From the human T2T-CHM13v2.0 reference genome, Homo sapiens: 64,000 nt of DNA. The notes under the pieces are model-generated. The model was not told where the DNA came from. It searched no databases and worked only from the letters and a program-made list of their open reading frames with translations. The stretch is from assembly GCF_009914755.1 (NCBI RefSeq), contig NC_060927.1. One strand, 5' to 3'. Below are positions 28,954-59,895 of this stretch, one piece after another. Both the position numbers and the translations under genes were made by a program. How positions within the stretch are numbered: position 1 is the first letter of the stretch; each line of letters begins with the position of its first letter.

Positions 28954-30517
28954 GTAAGTACAGACGCCATCTCTCTAAAGTCGCCTGCATCCATTTAGGT
29001 TAGCTTTTGCCCACAATTAATGGAAAAGACAGTTACATTTTATACAAGGTCCTATCATTTGCAAAGTGCTGCATATAACATGCACTCTCTCCCCCATTTT
29101 ATAATCAATGTCATTTCCATTTCAAAGATTAAAAAATCATAATAGGAATAAGGGAAGTCCTTAAAACTAGCTCCTTAAGACTAGGAATGGAGAAGCTGGG
29201 ACTTGAACCCATATCTCTCTCACTTCCATGCTTATTTTCTTTCTATTATGGACTCTTGGGCTGGGCAGGAGTTTGGGAAGAGCTTGTCGACAGTAGGCTG
29301 ATTGACAGGGTGGAGTTGAAAGACAGGGCTCTGTGTGTCAATTCACCACCATAGCAACTCCATTCTACCACCCAAAAAAATTCCTTCCAGGGGAGAGCCT
29401 TACCTTCAAAACATTCCACTCATTCCAGATTTTCTAGGGACTTAGGCAACCATATACGTGACCCCTAGAATAGATGTAATAAAGCAATAATGTCCCTTTC
29501 TCCCCACCACTACCCCAGGCTAAGAAGAGACAGTATGTTCTGTGGTTTAGATAAATATCACAGAGATTAAAGAGAACAGAGTCTTTTCAGAAGTGATACA
29601 AGTAACAGAAATGTGATCAGATTGGTGCTACTGAGGCCCTTGGCCTAGACAGGAGACAGACATTTCCGCCAAAGACCATTGCCGAGTATGGCTCCACAAG
29701 AACCCCTTTTCAGTAGAGAAGTGCCTGCATTTTCAGCTTTTCAACTACCATGTTAGTCCGGCTCTTGCGTGCTTGTTAGTCTAGGTGTGTGTGTACGGGA
29801 TGTTTGAGTCAGTAACTTGTCACAAATTTATTTATGATAAAATAAGAAAGCAAAAATGCAAACAAGTTTGGCTATTTTTAAAATCAGCTGGAAAAAAAAA
29901 AAAACAGAGGGGACAAACCCCATGCTGCTAGCATCTGTAATCCTTTTGTGAAACTTAAACTTTATGTAGTTAAGTAGTTGGTAGTTTGTCACTTTAGACT
30001 TAACAGACTTAACAGTCTCTTTCAGAGCCTGATCTGTTTGTAGGGAACCTCCTAACTCAAAAGACATTATTCTATTGCTAGTGAACTATACTTGTCCACA
30101 GATGACAACATCTGTGCTTGTGTTCCAGTGAAAGGTATTGTCACTGTGTACCAGGTTGAGTTCAGCTGACCCAGAACTTCTGCCCCTTCAGACTTGCCAA
30201 CTGCTGTTTCAAGGGAAGGTGCTGATATTGGGCTACTGTAGTGCAATGGAAAGAAGCTGCTCTTGGAATGAGGAATCTGGGCTCACGTCCCAGCTCTGTG
30301 ATTTGAAGCAGAATACTTAGTTTGCTGGGGCCCCGAGTCCTCATCTGTGAAGATTGAAATTCCTCCAACTTCCCAGAGATGTTGCAGGGATTAAGTTAGA
30401 TGAACAGTGGGTTGAACTAGTTTAGCAAACGTTTACTGAGCCCTCGCTATGCACCAACTACCATCCAGACCAGGGCCAGGGTCGGGGGAACAAAGTTATA
30501 GTTATAAGGGTAGTTTA

Positions 30518-30895
<378 letters not shown>

Positions 30896-32047
30896 CTAAT
30901 GAGGAAGACCAATAGATAGATAAATGGATGATTTTAATATAACATGATAAATACTAAGAAAGAAAAGCATGCATTGGAGAAGATTGCTGTGAGAACATAG
31001 GTGCTTGGTTGGACCTGAAGTTCAGGGAAAGTTTGTGGAGAGGCAGTGCCTGAGCTAACCCCTGTGCTGGATCTCATTATCCTGTTATGCTTATTTGGCA
31101 AATACTTATGCTGCCAATTAGGTGACGGTGGCCTCCCCTTAGGTGGTCACCAGAATTGCTGGGAGAGCCTTTCTTTACCAGGCAACTGAGATTTGGATTC
31201 CCTAGTCTAGGGTAGGATGTGGGCATCTGCCTTATCCAAAAGCTCTAAAGGTGAACTTGGTGGCTAAGACTCTCTCACTTGGAGCAGTGCTGCTGTTAAT
31301 TGCTCCCTTAATGACTCCAAGAAGTTCAGGGGAATACATTTAACAAGCCCAATCCTACTCCACTCTACTCTGATCACTGTTACCTCACCCTTAGCAGGGT
31401 CAGAGGAAAGCAAAAGAGGCTTGCATGGGTTCTAGCCTTTGCTCCTGTCAGGGAAAGTAGAAGACACCAGTGGGAAGGAGCAAGCTAGAGGGGAAGAGGT
31501 AAACTTGACCAGGGGGATTTCAGCTGTAACTGAAAGTCATTTCTGACCCTGCATCAGGCTCCTCTGCATGGGCATTTCCTGGGCATGTGCCTTTAACAAC
31601 TCAATGTACACTAAAGAATACCTGACATTTGGTAACTCCTTGCTGTAAGAGGACAGAGGGTGGCTGAGAATAGTTACCATTTATTTAGCACTTACCTATG
31701 CTACCAATTATGCTTAAATGCTTCATCATCTCACTCCATCCTTGCACAATCCTCATAATCAAATAGGTGAACAGTAATATTCACCCACTATATGATAATA
31801 TTAATTCATTATATTATATTAATATAATGAATAATAATTGTTATTATTTTGTTGCTGTTCTTATTCCCACTTTAAAGATGGTTCACTTTGGTGAAACCAA
31901 AACACAGAGTTCAAATGACTTGCTCCCAGCCTTCAGCAGGTAGGTAACAGAACCAGGATTCGAATCTGGGTCTGGATGGCTCCATATACCATGTTCTCAA
32001 TCACAGTTCTCAAGGTTGGAAAAGTTGCCCAGAAGGCAAAGGATTCA

Positions 32048-32628
<581 letters not shown>

Positions 32629-33065
32629 ATTAATCTTAAAATAAAATTAAGAAGTACTTTGCAAAACACATGTGGGGCTGTTTGCAGCCACTAGGTTATG
32701 GTTAATCAGGATATTGCTGAAGTCTCTCTTGGTGAAGGCTTTCTTTACTTAGCAATCAAACCTCTTAAATGGGTGTCACAACTTTTTTCTTGTGAGCAAT
32801 TTTTAGAGTTAATGAAGGAGAATGTTTCTTAAACAAGGTTATACACACTCCCTGCAGTATACCATATTTGTAAATATATTTATTTTAGTTCTGAATATTA
32901 CAATAACTTTAGGCTCTAACTAAATATGCATGTGTTGCACATTTGGTCTTCATGTATAACAATAAGTATGAGAGAGTTTAGAGATCTTACTGATTTGTAC
33001 ATGTGTTATTTTTCTATTTCTTCATTTCAAACATATTTCCTTTGCCTTTCCCTGCCTACTTTCAG

Positions 33066-33204
33066 GATGGATGATGGCCGGCTCTTAGACTACCTTATGA
33101 ATCATGATGAACTGATGGAGGAAAAAGTAGCTTTCTATATCCGAGACATCATGGAGGCTCTGCAGTACCTTCACAACTGCAGGGTTGCACATTTGGACAT
33201 AAAG
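33066..33204 (+). CDS. KALRN: Kalirin kinase exon (MDDGRLLDYL...YLHNCRVAHLDIK)
   Basis: tttcag|G ... AAG|gtaata; catalytic loop HLDIK. Confidence 0.97.
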
Positions 33205-33224
33205 GTAATAAGAAGTGGCAACCT

Positions 33225-34240
<1,016 letters not shown>

Positions 34241-34744
34241 TCCCCATTATGACTATTAAAGAGAATCTGGGTTGTCACACAATTTAAGTGTATCATCCAT
34301 GAATTAATGAGAATATGCCAGAGCCACAATGACATCTGGTGTGAGAGAAGGTAGGGAAGTTCTACCTACCTAATCTAACTTCATAGAAGTAAGCCAACAA
34401 ACGTCACCTTCTCTTCCATGCTTCTCAAAAAGAAGCCCCTGTTCACCAAAATGAGTAATTTATTATTTCCTTGATTCAATGCAGAAGCAGTGTAGTTAAG
34501 AAAACATGATTTTCAATGTCAAACAACTTCTCTGAATTACCACCCAAACTCAAAGTGTAGTAAGCTCAAAATGATAGTTTGAAGTATCCTATGCAGTTTC
34601 CGTAGTGCATAGGGAATTTTCTGTACACCATAGGCTTTATCAAAGAATAGCATAACTGTGTTTGAATTAATGAGGTATTTTGAGTAGTCAAAATAGAGGC
34701 CTAAACTTCCCTTCTTTTCTCCCTGCTTCCTTGGATCTCTGCAG

Positions 34745-35290
34745 CCTGAAAACCTGCTCATTGACCTACGGATTCCAGTGCCTCGAGTGAAGCTCATTGA
34801 CTTGGAGGATGCTGTCCAGATCTCGGGTCACTTCCACATTCACCACCTGCTGGGGAACCCTGAGTTTGCTGCCCCAGAAGTCATTCAAGGCATCCCCGTC
34901 TCCCTGGGGACAGACATCTGGAGCATCGGGGTTCTGACATATGTCATGCTGAGTGGGGTCTCCCCCTTCTTGGATGAGAGCAAAGAGGAGACATGTATCA
35001 ACGTATGCAGGGTGGATTTCAGCTTCCCCCATGAATACTTCTGTGGTGTGAGCAATGCTGCCAGAGATTTCATCAATGTGATCTTACAGGAAGATTTTCG
35101 GAGGCGGCCCACAGCAGCCACATGCTTGCAGCATCCATGGCTGCAGCCCCATAATGGCAGCTACTCTAAGATCCCCCTGGACACCTCCCGCCTAGCATGC
35201 TTCATAGAACGTCGCAAGCACCAGAATGATGTGCGGCCTATTCCCAATGTCAAGAGCTACATTGTCAACCGGGTGAACCAAGGGACGTAG
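34745..35290 (+). CDS. KALRN: Kalirin last coding exon, kinase C-lobe to stop (PENLL...DLE...APE...DIWSIGV...VNQGT*)
   Basis: ctgcag|CCT; kinase subdomains VIb-XI; TAG at 35288-35290. Confidence 0.98.
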   Translation, partial: PENLLIDLRIPVPRVKLIDLEDAVQISGHFHIHHLLGNPEFAAPEVIQGIPVSLGTDIWSIGVLTYVMLSGVSPFLDESKEETCINVCRVDFSFPHEYFCGVSNAARDFINVILQEDFRRRPTAATCLQHPWLQPHNGSYSKIPLDTSRLACFIERRKHQNDVRPIPNVKSYIVNRVNQGT

Positions 35291-42195
<6,905 letters not shown>

Positions 42196-42355
42196 AATTT
42201 TTTTTCTTTCTCCAAATATATGAAAGACTTAGAAAAGGTAAAAATATCACAGGATTATTACAACATGTTTGGCCCAGGATTTTAGAGAGAAAGCAACAAT
42301 TTTGTGCCCTAGAGTATTCTAAGGCATTTACCCAAAAATGCCAAGGAAACCTCAG

Positions 42356-44784
<2,429 letters not shown>

Positions 44785-44949
44785 TTCTTCATTCTATTTT
44801 TGAGAAAATTGAGACTCATATAGCTCAAAATGCATTGCCAAAGATCACTCAGCCAGTAAGTAGAATGGGACTAAAATCCAAATGTTTTGGTTTGAAACTT
44901 CATGTTCTTTGTAGTGCACTATACAGCTATGCCTTATCTGTTCCTCTTT

Positions 44950-45420
44950 TTTAAAAAAGTATTTGTTATAGTTGACACATGATATCGTACACATTTATTG
45001 GGTACATAGTGCTATTTCAATACACACAATGTACAGTGATCAAATCAGAGTAATTCATATATTCCTCACCTTAAATATTTATCCTTTCTTTGTGTTGGGA
45101 ACATTCAAACGCCCCTCTTCTAGCTATTTTAAAATATATAGTAAATTATTATTGACTACAGTCACCCTACAGTGCAATGGAACACTAGGACTTATTCCTC
45201 CTATCTAGCTGTAATTTGTGTCCTTTAACCACCCCCTACCCTTCCCAGCCTCTAGTAATTACTATTTTATTCTCTAGCTCCATGAGATCAACTTTTTTAG
45301 CTTCTGCATATGAGCGAGAACATTTGGTATTTATCTTCCTGTTCCTGGATTGTTTCACTAACATAATGTCCTTCAGGTTCATCCACCTTGCTGCAAATGA
45401 CAAGGTTTCATTCTTTATGT
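44950..45420 (-). mobile_element. L1MA-like 3' end
   Basis: tacacatttattgggtaca..gatcaaatcagagtaatt..ccatgagatcaacttttttagcttc..ccttcaggttcatcca. Confidence 0.85.
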
Positions 45421-46059
45421 GAATTTAAGGGTTATTTTCCTTAAGCTAGAATAAAGTATTGCCTTATATACACAATGGAGAAGGGATTTATTTGTACAGA
45501 TTATTTATTGATTATTTCTTTAAGGGATTTATTTGTAAAGACCAAATATGTTTGGATTTTCAGATTGTCTAGCAATATTATCCTCCTGGATAACCCTGAT
45601 ACCAATCAATTAACCGTCTTCTAACTCTCCTCCTTCCCTCCCTTACCTTTTCTACACCTATTACCTAAGCATTTGAGGTACGCCAAAGGAAATAAAAAAG
45701 TACTCCTCCAGGAAGCAGAGTACAGACAAAAGAGGTAATGAATACTGTAATGATCTAAGTGCTATATATTCCTATGTGCAAACTGCTATGGAACTGTCAC
45801 GTACTAGATGCTATGAAGTTAATAAAAGAATTGAGTAAAGGTCCCTGTCTTTGATAACTTATATTCTATTTGGAGAAACATGGGGGGTAAATCGTGGCTA
45901 ATAACTAGCAAATATAACATGTTAGGCCAAGGAGTAGAGATAATTAAGAGAACTAGTCGAGAAGGCATTGGCTATTAAAAAATGGACAGGATTTATGCAA
46001 ACTCTCATGAAAGGTGGGACTTCATGATCCTACAGTCAATCTAGCTGTTCTGGGCTTTG

Positions 46060-46460
<401 letters not shown>

Positions 46461-46757
46461 GACAGGGCTTGGTGGCGGGAAGGAGGACAAGGAAATGGAA
46501 GAGGGTGACAGGAGTTGGGCCGTGAGTGAGAGCAAAAGAGCCAAGCAGGCAGACCGACCCTACTCTTGGTTTGGGGAGTAAGCATGAGAAGCACAGAGGC
46601 CAGGGGTTGGGCTCCTCGAGAGTCGTCTGTTCTTTCACCCACACGCTTAGACACGTGTTTTGCAAAAGTCGGGAAACCCAGTTTGGAACGCTTTCTGGCA
46701 CTGAAGCACACTTGAATGAATTCTGTATATTTAACTCTTTAAGAAAATTAGACTTGC

Positions 46758-48067
<1,310 letters not shown>

Positions 48068-48212
48068 CTTGGAAGGGCTGTTTGGAAAGGGGAGTTGAAT
48101 TTTGCACTGTGCGGCCAGAAGCAATAATTAAGACTAGAAGGTGGACATATTGGGAAAGCAGGTTTTTAGTCAATATAAGGAAAATTTTTGTACAAATTAG
48201 AGGTTTCTAATA

Positions 48213-48357
48213 CAGTGCTTCTCAACTTTGAGTATATATGAATTACCTGGGAATTTTGTTAAAATGCAGAATCCATTTCTGTAGCTCTGAGACTAGACCT
48301 GAGGTTGTGCATTTCTAACAAAGTGCCAGCTGAAACTGCAGACCACACTGAGTAGAG
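48213..48357 (+). mobile_element. MER5A-type hAT-Charlie DNA transposon hosting MIR544B
   Basis: cagtgcttctcaactttg start; tacctgggaattttgttaaaatgcaga and tgcatttctaacaa cores. Confidence 0.75.
48250..48327 (+). ncRNA. MIR544B: pre-miR-544b hairpin (mature ACCTGAGGTTGTGCATTTCTAA at 48297-48318)
   Basis: Matches the recalled miR-544b sequence; arms TTTGTTAAAATGCA / TGCATTTCTAACAAA are complementary. Confidence 0.85.
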
Positions 48358-48364
48358 GGCCGTA

Positions 48365-48515
48365 AATATGCTTTCCAATACAGTTTGCTACTAGCCACGT
48401 GTTACTATTGAGCATTATGAATTTTTAAGTTTAAATAGTCATATATGGCCAGTGGCTATCATATTGGACTGCAAAGATAGAGAACATTTCCATCATTGCA
48501 GAAAGTTCTATCAAG
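48365..48515. mobile_element. MER3-like DNA transposon
   Basis: ctactagccacgtg...gaacatttccatcattgcagaaagttctat pattern. Confidence 0.6.
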
Positions 48516-48777
48516 AAGACATATAAGTTTCCTCAGCCCACTTAAGGGTTTATGTTCACTAGGGACCACTTTGTGTGGTTATTGTAAAAAGTATTGAAGA
48601 TAGGTTGGACTATTAAGGTTGCGGTACTTTGGACCATTAACTTCTCACCATCCAGAATCTTGCTATGGTGTATCTTAGCAATGTGGAGAATTACTAAGGA
48701 TTTTCTAGGGAAAAATTGATTTATTTTAATAAGCCAGCTGATAAATGACAGAAAAAGTTTTTTGATAACTAGATCAT

Positions 48778-48778
<1 letters not shown>

Positions 48779-48808
<30 letters not shown>
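48779..48808. repeat. (GT)n microsatellite
   Basis: Seen directly. Confidence 0.95.
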
Positions 48809-48810
<2 letters not shown>

Positions 48811-49151
48811 TTTGGTGATTAACTGGGGAGGAGTTCAAAACATGGAGAGACTTGGGTATAACAAAACTTCTTTTCACATCTTATGCGAATAGAATTTCTC
48901 AGTATTTACACCCCAAAAAGCAATATAATTTATGCTAAACTCTAACTTCCCTTAATAAGTGATAATAAGTGATATTTGACTATAGTACTATATACACATT
49001 AGTGTACATAAAGTAATTGGAGAGGAAAGGTAGCATTAACTCACTAAAAATGCATTTTCCAAATCTGTTTTTATCTCTCTGTCAAAATTTGCAAATCATG
49101 TTTGAATTAATCATATGCTTGTTATAATTTAATGATATACAGAAGAATTCT

Positions 49152-49590
49152 CTTCTTTAAAAAGTACAATTTCCATTTTCTTTTCCTCAAGAGAATAGTT
49201 TCTCTTCAGTCCTTAAGGATTCAGCTCCTTACATGGGCTTTGGTGAGGGTCATGAGGCAGCACCCACAGGTTTAAATCAGATTGGGGTATTTGGTCCTTG
49301 TGGGATTCACAAGATGGATTACTGACTGCCTTGCTGTGAATGGCACAACTCACACCTTAATGTAGCTTCGCATACAGCTTGGGAAGAACATAGGAGGCAA
49401 AGTTGCTCACTGCAGTAATGTCCCTGACTGCTGCGGCCTCTACTATGTTTTGCACGACGAGCTTCTTAATGGTCTTTTCCTTGGGCATGCATCGGACATA
49501 GTATGTGCCACTACTGGCCACAGCCCTTTTTGGCACGATCATTGTTCCTTTCTTTTCTTTGTCATCTTGGAAGTAAGGACCTGAGAGAGC
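49152..49590 (-). pseudogene. RPS26 processed pseudogene (ATG at 49565, TAA at 49229-49231), antisense in UMPS intron 1
   Basis: Translation resembles RPS26 ([17 protein letters not shown]...[11 protein letters not shown]). Intronless, with 5' pyrimidine leader and 3'UTR. Early frameshift and in-frame stop. 14-nt TSD TACAGAAGAATTCT at 49138 and 49591. Confidence 0.95.
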
Positions 49591-50549
49591 TACAGAAGAA
49601 TTCTTGACATCTAGAGACTTATGGTCATGGGAAATTTTTTTTTAATTACCATTTTAAATTTCAGTTTACATACATATAGACAAGTATGACAGAGGGATCA
49701 GTAAAAGCTTTTCAAGTATAATCATATATTACTTTAGAATAAAATTCTGTGGACACAGTGGAGTGAAAATATGAGTTGGAAAAAGATGTAAAAAATTTTA
49801 AACTTTTCATAGTCCAGCAATTTCACGTTTTGTTTTTTTAAATGGAGATGGTGGATATCCAGTCACTAGCATTTGTATTCCAAGTTTATTCCTTAAAAAG
49901 AGTGATAAAACAGTTCTAAGATAATATGTTAATATTTTTAGTACTAGAAATTACATTCTCTGCAACTTAAAATAGTCATAGTTTTGTTTTGTTTGTTTTT
50001 TTACTCTTTAGAAGTACTGGTGTAAACCTATGATCTAGTTCACAAAGCAACTCAGTGACTGTTTGCTTTTTTAAAAAAAAAATGAGGTGGTCTTGGGTGG
50101 GAATATGTATCCTAACATTAAAATATGATGATTTATGTGGAAAAGGAGATTATAAAATAGCAATTCACACAATAGTCTGTATTTATGAAACTTCCTAATT
50201 GAAGGCTTCTTTCAGGATATATAACTAAAAGATGATAGGTTTAGATACTCAGCCTAATGGGTTACTGAGGAAACCAGGAAGTCGGGATCGTCCTTAGTCT
50301 TTGGGGTCAACATCATGAGCTTCCCCAGCACATCTCAGGTTGCCTTCAGAACAGATTCTGAGTCTGGTTGAATAGATTCATTCTTGTGTTTTTAGATTTA
50401 TATTTGTGTACTGGGTTTATGGAGAGGGTAATAAAAAGGCATTTGTTTTTTTTTCTCCAATCAAGTTTGAGACTTACCCCCACTAGTTTATTACTGTCTT
50501 TTCTGTTACGTTGTTACATGTTTATACACTATTTAAAATAGTTACAATA

Positions 50550-51074
<525 letters not shown>

Positions 51075-51477
51075 TAAAGCATGAAGTTAATTAATCTGTA
51101 ACATCATACTCTTAGAATTTTTCCGCTTCTGTGCACTAATGTTTTACCAGTCATCTTGAGTTCTTTAAGTTGTTACTGCTTGTAGAATTTATAATTGTTA
51201 CTATAAGTCACCTTCCTTTTTTTAGACTTGGGGTGAAATGCTTTGTATTGATTAGGAAATGAAAAGTGCTTTTTTTGGTACTGTATCTATGAAACTCCAA
51301 CATTTTTTTTTTTTACCAGCCCTTCCCTCATCAGCAAAATGTTGTAACAGCACATACTTTCCCAGTATGTTTGTATTTAAACTTCATGAAAAGTAATCCA
51401 TGGATAAAATTATTCTCATAAAGCAGTGTAAACACCTCAGAGAGATATTTTTGTGGGTTCATGGCAATAGATTATCA

Positions 51478-53055
<1,578 letters not shown>

Positions 53056-53163
53056 AAACAGATTTTTTTAAAGTAAAAAAAAAACCTCTCTATTTGAAAG
53101 TTTGATCATAAAACACATTAAGCAGTGTTTATAATGTGAAATAATTTACTTGATTTACTATAA

Positions 53164-54450
<1,287 letters not shown>

Positions 54451-55041
54451 TCTGGGCAAGCAAATTTGACAGATGTCCTTGGCAGAATATGATGTTTTGA
54501 ATGAAAATTCCACATAAAGGAAACAATGAAAAAGAAATATAAAATGGTAAGATTTATTTGTAGCAGAAAAAGTTCTATTGATAAACATTATTTAAAGATT
54601 TTTCTTTTATCAAATAGGGACTCAAAGTAGTGCATGTGTTGGTTGAGAAAAATGCTTAGTTCTACTGCCTATTCTATGCAAATTTCTGTCTATGTTTTTA
54701 CAACTGTGTGATCAGACTATATTTAATGCATTTTTCACTTAACCTGGTAACAGATATTTGGTTGTGTCATATAACATTTTTTGTAGGCATCTTTGAGGTA
54801 ACTTTTCTTTAATGTATGCATGTTCATAAGCTATTTCTTTAAAATAGATTTGTCTTTAAGTGACTTCTTCATGTGCTTAAGATGTCCTGCCCTCATCACA
54901 TTGCCTAGCTTACTTTAGCTGATTGACTGACATAAGAGTTTTATACAAACTTTCTTCAGCTCTGCATAGAGTTTTTTCGAAAATCAGGCTTGTTACTGTC
55001 CGCTTTTAAAAGGAATATAGTTGCCTATTGAAATTAGATAG

Positions 55042-55443
<402 letters not shown>

Positions 55444-55785
55444 TTCAAGAGGAATTTTTAAATGTTATCCTTGACATCAATAAATGTTTATCTTCACTGG
55501 AGTCCCTTTCTAATAGCATGAGCTTTATTTGTGGTCATGAGCTTCAGCCTTCAAGGAAAAAGAGTCCTGTTAGTGTTCCAGATAAGCCAAGTGCAGACCT
55601 TGAAAGTTTTTTCTCATTGTGATCTCTCACCCAGCTACTTACCTGAATAACAGATACAGTTTTCACAGATGGAACCATGGGTCTGCTGATAATCACTAAA
55701 GTTCCTGAAGAGTTTTGATTCTCTCATTAACATGTTACTGGGAGATTATTTCATATTGTAGTTGGTTGGTTGGACAAGAGGTTAG

Positions 55786-56031
<246 letters not shown>

Positions 56032-56486
56032 TGAGAGGGGGCAGGGGCTGCTATGCTGCATGCTGCAAGAAGATATCTCCTAATCTGGCGTTTCTGGAAC
56101 CTCTGCCAAAAAAAAAATCCAGCTCTTGTTAGTGTGACAGTATATTAATACTAGTTGGATAGAATTCCTTGATAGTTAATAGCATTTTATATCATGTAGT
56201 GGACACTTCAGGAATTTGAATTATACTCCAAGAGAAACTTTGAGACCCAGATAGTTAGTCAAACAAACACTTACTAAATCTACCAGGACTTTAAGATAAT
56301 GTCTTTTTCATCTTACCATGAATTGAGAGAAGATGAGAAGAGCTTCCCAGACATGCAGTTTCTCAGAATCTCCCAAGTCCTACAGAGATGCACATTCCCA
56401 TGACAGCAGCCCACATGCAGTGGCTTTCTCTTATTCTTGTCAGATATTTTAGAATATAATATTACTTTAAAAAAATTGCCATAGGG

Positions 56487-56775
56487 GGCTGGGCGCAGTT
56501 GCTCACACCTGTAATCCTAGCACTTTGGGAGGCCAAGGCGGGAGGATTGCTTGAGGCCAGGAGTTGGACGTCATAGTGAGATCTCGTCTCTACAAAAAAA
56601 TGAAAAAGAAAATAACCAGGCATGGTGGTACGTGCCTATAGTCCCAGCTGCTTGGGAGGCTGAGGTGGGAGGATCGCTTGAGCTTGAAGTTCAAGGCTGC
56701 AGGGAGCCATGATCATGCCACTTTACCTCAGCCTGGGCAAGAGTAAGAGCCTGTCAAAAAAAATTAAAAATAAAA
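56487..56775 (+). mobile_element. AluJ
   Basis: Alu dimer. Confidence 0.88.
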
Positions 56776-57962
56776 AGCCCCAAGAAAATCCCCATGATTT
56801 TTTTAAAAATGAAATCCCCAAGACAATCCCCATGTGAAGATTCTAGAAGTAAAGGATTTCCATTTTTTCATATTATTTCAGACTATTTGGAGACTTAACT
56901 CATATGGCCCTACAGTCAGGTTTTAACCCTATCCCTGAATTGACTATAACTGTCTGATTTCCCAAGTCTCAAAATCACAGGGGCCATGAGTCAGTTTTAA
57001 TATTTGGCATTCTGGGAGTCTGGGTCTGGCTCAAGGACAAGACATGACTTGTTTGTTGGCAGTAGTACTTGGTGGCAAGAATGAATGTATCAATGTGTGT
57101 CTCAGGTCTCGAAGTACCGAGGCTGGAGTGCAGTGGTGGTACTGAGTCTGGTCTCCGGGAAGTATCAAATAAGAAGGGAAGTATGGGAGTCACGTCTCGG
57201 GGAAAGTACCTACCGAATCAGAAAGCCAGGCAGACCTTCTAAAGAGACTTTTATGAATGTGAGATAATAGTATAGAAATTGGGGAGACCAGTTGATGTTA
57301 CAGAAGAGGGAAAGTGGTAGAGGTGAGATTTCTTTAGCTCTTGAAAGCGTAGCTGTTCTTTACATGACAGCTGCCTTTGGATATGGAGTACCCCGTCTGT
57401 AGATAGTCAGTAAGCCTTGAATGTGGTTTCATACCATTATAATATGTTCTAGAGTACTCGCCTCAAATCCTTTTTGGAAGTAGGTGGGTCACCAAGCATT
57501 ATTAGAAATAAGAAATTATGCAGCATCTTGATTTTAGATGCATATAGTATAGGATTTCTGCTTTACGTATGGTTTATTGCGGGAAGGGAAGGGAAAGGGT
57601 CATCTCAGAGTCTTAATGAAGCAGATGTGTTTTATTATGGTTTCTATCTAAGATGACCTGTTTCAGATATAGTAACTTTATATATATGGAATGAGAAAAG
57701 GCATCTATAATACAGCAAAGTTTCTAACTAGATAATAGAGCATAAGCCAGGCATGGTGACTTACAACTGTAACCCCAGCACTTTGGGAGGCCAAGGTAGG
57801 AGGATCCCTTGAGCCCAGGGGTTCAAGACCAGCCAGGGAACATAGGGAGACCTCATGTCTTTTTTTTTTTTTTTTAAGTTTTGAAAAAATAGAGCATATT
57901 TTTACTTTTATTCTGTGTGATTAACTGTTTTCTTATAATATGTCCTATTACATTCCATTTAG

Positions 57963-58196
<234 letters not shown>

Positions 58197-58834
58197 TAAT
58201 GAATGAGCCCTTTGGTAACTATGTATCTTTGGACAAGTCAGTTTACTTCTTTTAGTCTAATTGTCTGTAAAATGGGGATGATAACAGTATTGACCTCATA
58301 AGGTAATCAAGATGCTTTAATGAGATAACATGTAGAATATTTAACACAATGTCTTGGCACAGAGTAAACACTCTGTACTTATAAGCCCTTATTCGTAAGC
58401 CCTAATAATTGTTTGACTAGATATTATAGTTAGGGTCTAGGCTTTTAAGAATACTTAAAGTATCTTGGATTTGGAAGATAATAAGCCATTTAACAGAATG
58501 CTTCTGAAACAGCGGAATTTAATAAAAAAGCAAAATTTAAGGATTCGGGTTTATGGATAGTCTGTGTGACCACTTGATGGGGTTCTTGTATATGGTAGTG
58601 GTCAGGTTAGACTTGCTCAGCAGTGCCTTGTGGTGATTCTAAGATGTGTGCTAAAATTTTCTTCAATTGTGAGGCCAATCTTTATTGTATTTTTTTGATA
58701 TTGAACCTTTCTTTGCAACATATGAGTTTTACTTCTTTTTTTAATATATTGTTAAGCTACAGATGATCTAAAATTTGACATTGAGGGGGTGAATATTTAG
58801 GGCAACTTGAATTTATGCTTCTGGAAAAAAATTA

Positions 58835-59628
<794 letters not shown>

Positions 59629-59646
59629 TTATTTAAAGCTGGTTAG

Positions 59647-59895
<249 letters not shown>

